Origin: Phyllosticta citribraziliensis
Taxonomy: Eukaryota
NCBI RefSeq assembly: GCF_038025025.1
Contig: NW_027117346.1
Span: 1,178,001 to 1,242,000 of the forward strand
Direction: 5' to 3'
Length of the DNA stretch: 64,000 nucleotides
A program made the position numbers and the translations under genes. Below the pieces are notes generated by a model that searched no databases, was not told where the DNA came from, and worked only from the letters and a program-made list of their open reading frames with translations. This document shows positions 59,546 to 64,000 of this stretch, in pieces (position 1 is the stretch's first letter; the number at the start of each line of letters is the position of its first letter).

Positions 59546-60561
59546 TGTAAGGAGGAGAAGCGTATGGAGAGTGGGTTTAGGTTTAGCCTGGGTGCTGACT
59601 ACCTGGAAGAAACCTTGGCCGCATCCACATTTTAGGTCAGGGGCTGTCGAAAAGGCCAATTCAACAGCTGTCCATCTGTCTTGCACGTCATCCGTAACTG
59701 AATTGCGTTGTGCTTCTTTTCGGCGTCGGGCCAGTGACGGTGGGTTTGACGGGGGCCGTTTGGCGCACTACAGGCAGGCATGGGGATATCGCTACTGGGC
59801 ACGATGGTGGAGTAACCACATGCAGAGCAGTCGCTCCAAGCTCTCTCTGCGTTTCGCTTCTGGCTACCGTACTCTGGCGACTCTGGCGCTGATCGTTGTG
59901 CACCCAGCGGAGGCTCCAACGGAACAGCTGCCACATGAGCTTCGCTGGTGGTCCCTCGGTGCGCTTCTGTCGAGGCTATTCGGACTGCATCACGTCCCTT
60001 CTTCGCTAACGACGTCGGCAAGCGCACCAGGCACGGGCGAGAGCCGAATTTTGCAGCCTGAGCGTGACATAATCAAGGGCGCGAGCAAGCCTCGGCGGGG
60101 CTAGTGGCCATCATGAAGGGCATTGAGGATGAGCAGCGAAGGGGCAACGAACGGGCGGGGCTTCTGGCTACCGTATTCTCTGGCAACCAACCAACGAGTC
60201 AAGTGTCATGTATAATTTTATCCGCGACTCTCTGCCCTGGGGGCTGGCGGCGAAATTACTTGGTCGCTCCTGGCCTGGCTGTGTCAAGCCAAGTTCGTTC
60301 AATCAAGCAGTCAATGCAATTTTGCCCGCGACCTGACCCCTTGGACGTCGTCACACGCGAGATCCATGGCGCCCGTCACGATCGCGTCCGTCGTGGTGGC
60401 AATGGAAGAAATGGATGCTGCTGCCTCCCCTCCCATCCATCAAATGAGCCACGCCGCGTCTGACCACACCAGACCAGACCTTGCGCCGGCTGAGACAGGT
60501 TTCATTCCTGGCCTTGCGACTCCTCTCCTCGCTGCCGCCATGCCTAGGTACTGTACGGACT

Positions 60562-60580
60562 TCTCTCTCTCTCTCTCTCT
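60562..60580. repeat. (TC)n microsatellite
   Basis: tctctctctctctctctct, seen directly. Confidence 0.85.
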
Positions 60581-63500
60581 GTCCTGACTCTCCCGTCCAC
60601 CCGCCAGGCTGCCGTCTTTTGGTAGTTCTTAGTGGTCCTCTTGACTCTGCGCCATGCAGCGCCAGGCGAGCACATGGCGGCGTCAACGCCAAAGGACAAC
60701 GACAACGGGCTGCCAGGCTGCGCCTCCATTCCTCAGCGCTCGTTTCCGGGTGGGTTCGGTTTGCACGTGCACCAACGATTCCCCGTTGCCTCAGCTCGCT
60801 CATGTGCGTGCCTCTGAAAATTCCAAAGGCCCTGCGTATGCGGCATGGGGATCCTGCGGGACACGTCTGGGCGCCGGACCATCACTCCTGACACGGGCCA
60901 AATGCTGCTGCCATGAAATTATTTCGATGGCGTTTGAGAGACTGTCCTGATTGCTGAGTGATGACTGACTGGGCAACACAGTCCTGCCTCAACAACACGT
61001 GGATATTCAAGGGGACGCGTTTAAGCGCTGTGGCTGTCTCCTATGGCACACTGACCTAATCACCGCAACCCGTCTCACACAAAAATCAACCATCTCACCA
61101 GCCAGCCAGTATGGTAGATATGTGTTTTGCCACTCGTACGGTAGGTAGGTCGTGCTGTGGTGCAGTGCTCCACCATTGGTACCCAACCCAACCCACCTCA
61201 ACGACATCATCACACGCAACCATCCACCAGAACCAACACCAAGCATTTTCCGTCGCATTGTCCCCTCTTCTCCGACGTCATTGCGCGCTCCGAGTCCAGA
61301 TCCTACCGGACCCGGACACCCGACAAACCCCGCCGGCCATGTGCTTAGGTTGGCTGCTTCCTGCTCTCCCACCACTCACAAGCCTCGCGCCGTGCAGCTG
61401 ATAATTGTCTCTGCCGTCTGCTTAGTTTTCCAGGCGGCCTCCGCGCACTACCAAGGCGACATCGTATCGTTGCCATCTTGGCCCAAGGTTCGAGTCAACG
61501 CGCCTGTGAGCCGACTGGTCGACTACAACCGCAGGAAATGCCTAGTTGTATCCCTCACCCTCTCCTGCATATGGTGCCCACCAACAAGTCATCTATCCAG
61601 ACCATCCGCCCTCGGCAGCAGATGACCTCACTGCACAGCGGCTTGTTCCTCTCCTGCCTTTTCCTCCCATACTCAATCGGCTGTCATCGCATCGCCTTTC
61701 TATAGTTCTGACTCTTCCTTCGATCCCCGCCCAGCTGCACCAAACTTCGTATCTCTCGCTATTCACCCCTTGCACCTTTTCAAGTCAAGGCAATTCCATG
61801 AATCTCACAACCAATCTCACAACCCCTGCCCTGGCCGCTGTGCGCCGACAACTACATCTCGACATCTTCCAAAAAACCCCAGTCCGCTCCCGGTTACCTC
61901 CGTCTCTGCTCTTCCGGCGGCGGCGCGGCAGCGGACGTGGCCGCACTGCCCCCCGCATCCGTCCGTTCATGTAGCCCACCACGTTCTTCTCCCCGCCCAT
62001 CACAGAACCCCTTGGGCTGCCCAGCCTTTCCAACTCGCACACGCTGCACACCACCTCCGCCTCTGGTTTTTCGACTTTGCCGATCCAACTCATTTGATCT
62101 GTATGGCCCTGCCATGACAAATCAGCATTTGAACCTACCTTTGCCGTGGAGGCGGCCTGAGGGCCTTGCACGTTTCCCGTCAACCACTGCCGACACCACA
62201 TGGGATGCGGCCCACTTCATCCGGAAAGGCAGTCTTACCCCTACCACACCACCACCCTACATACCTACCCTACCCTACACCCAGCCAACTATCACCTCCC
62301 TAGCCATTCACCCACGCCCGTCCACCCAACCAGAGGCACCCAACCAATCCATCTACGCGGTGCCGCTAGCTGCATGCAAGCTTGCTGCACCTGCATACCT
62401 ATGCATGTATGTCCTATGCGCAGACACGTACGGACATGCCAGCTGCAACGTGCGCGTGCCTGCCCGCCGCCCGCCCGCCCATCGTCGTCTGCGTATTCGT
62501 CGACCGACCGACTGCCCTGGGCTGGGCTGGGCTGCGCTGCGCTGCGCTGCTAAGAAAAGAAAAGCCGCGGCATCTTCCGCTCGGGGCTGGATGGTGAAGA
62601 TGGGCTGTCTGTGGTGGGGCCAGGTACGTACGATAGATAGGACCACGACGATATGGTGTGCTTTGTAAGGCGAGAGGACGCTGGTCGATCGCTCAGATGA
62701 GGCTCGTGATGAAGATGGGTGGAGAAGTAGGTGAACTTGGTAGTGAGTGCTTGCGGCTGTAGAGACCCCTGAATTTCCTCCAGGCTGTGAAGAGACTCGC
62801 CTTCGATTCTAATTTCGTCATCGTCATGCTCATTGCTATTCATTTCCCTCTCTACCTTTCGTTCGCGCCAACTCTACCCAAAAAAGGAAGTCACCTGGGC
62901 TGTAAATGCCAGCCAGCCAACGACTGTCGCCTAGTCGGCTGCCACGCTGATTGTAGTCATGTTACGTGTTTGGTTGAGACGCCGACGTTGCTCGCATCCT
63001 TCTTATTCTACTTCCGAATGCTATTTTGAAGTGTTCTTCTTCCTCTTCACTTTGTTGTGATTTTGGAGGTGCAGATTGCAGCGAGGCAGACGTGACACGG
63101 GATGCAGGGGTTCGATGAAGGGCACGCAGACAGATGAGGTGATTTGAAGAAAATGTTAGATGTGGCGCATGAAACTGTGGCGAAGAGCAGGAAATTAAAT
63201 GCAGGTAGACGCGAAGCATTATTGCCATCACGGCCTGTGTAGCGCACGATTGAGGGAATGGTGGGCAATCGGGTACGTGAGAAGGAACGAAGGGGACAGA
63301 GTTGGACAGAGTGCAAGGGAGGTTCGGTCAAGCAGTCAGGCAAAAAGAAGGAATGCAATCTCTGCTCGCTCAATATCAGACCAGCGAGGTTTTTTGGCGT
63401 TGGGAAGAGGGGAGAGTGGATGAAGGTCAAGGGTCGGAATCACAGAGATTGATGGACATGGGCGATGGGAATGCAATAGTACAGCAGCGAGGACAACTTC

Positions 63501-63714
63501 ATCACAGTGAGGACGACAACGTGAAAAAAGTGGAACCACTCGATTCGCGGTACTCCAGACGCCAATAAAGGATGAGCGGCCCAGCGGCTCCCATGGTATT
63601 TAGCCAGCTACCCTACGATACGAAGACGCCTTAGCCTTGCCCGTCGTAACCCATCCCAATAAAAAACAGCTTTTTGATTGCCCATCACGCAGCAGCATGC
63701 CGTAGCAGCCGCAC

Positions 63715-64000
63715 TTAGTTCATCTGGCGGATGAGGGCGTTGATGTGGTCCTCACGGTTGCCAAGGTCACCACCCTCGACGAAGTGCTTGAACTTGCGGG
63801 GACGGAAGCCACCAGTGGGGTTGGACAGCTTGAAGGGCCACAGGAAGTTGCAGGCCTGCTTGAAGTTGGGGCCGACGGTGTAGATCTCGTGGATCAGGTC
63901 CTCGATGCAGACAATGCCGAGCTGGCCGAGGTTCTCCTCGATGATGGCGTTGTCGGTCAGCGGGATGCGCTGCTTGTTGACCTTGCCGTAACCGCGCTTG
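63715..64000 (-). CDS. RPL7: 60S ribosomal protein L7 (uL30), 3' part
   Basis: Minus strand reads [90 protein letters not shown]. Confidence 0.97.
   Translation of the reverse strand, partial: KRGYGKVNKQRIPLTDNAIIEENLGQLGIVCIEDLIHEIYTVGPNFKQACNFLWPFKLSNPTGGFRPRKFKHFVEGGDLGNREDHINALIRQMN

Noticed and set aside
61480..61500. GGTTCGAGTC tRNA T-loop/B-box-like motif (similar ones near 2808, 8815, 28602)
   Set aside because: The flanking bases do not form a T-stem or cloverleaf, and there is no convincing A-box.
62706..62772. C/D snoRNA-like GTGATGA...CTGA pair
   Set aside because: No terminal stem or rRNA-complementary guide could be recognised, and the motifs are too short to be significant alone.

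Overview
Intron-containing genomic DNA from a filamentous ascomycete (short GT-AG introns with CTAAC/CTGAC branch points; probably a Dothideomycete, which is an inference). About 22 protein-coding genes are supported. In order: HIR3 (5'-partial), a peroxisomal MaoC-type dehydratase, SCH9 kinase, RSC7/NPL6, a GprM-like GPCR, SEC4, NCA2, an MSB3-like Rab-GAP, a ubiquitin E2, profilin and a PTR2 peptide transporter. An accessory-looking block follows: class-3 lipase, two HsbA proteins, an aldo-keto reductase, an Rds1-like ferritin, a Gfo/Idh/MocA oxidoreductase, DUF829 and a BCS1-like ATPase. The window ends with a CLG1-like cyclin, a secreted intradiol dioxygenase-like gene and the 3' end of RPL7. 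I recognised no tRNA, rRNA, CRISPR array or transposon. The most interesting candidates are three. (1) A possible alternative-N-terminus system at SCH9: an upstream ORF ends exactly on a splice donor and can splice in frame deep into the kinase gene, and there is also an in-frame exitron. (2) A lipase plus two HsbA genes, with FarA-type motifs, forms a possible hydrophobic-surface degradation module. (3) Orphan transcription-unit-like stretches with splice signals at ~28.4-29.4 kb and ~60-63.6 kb. Gene names come from motif recognition by eye, not from database searches.
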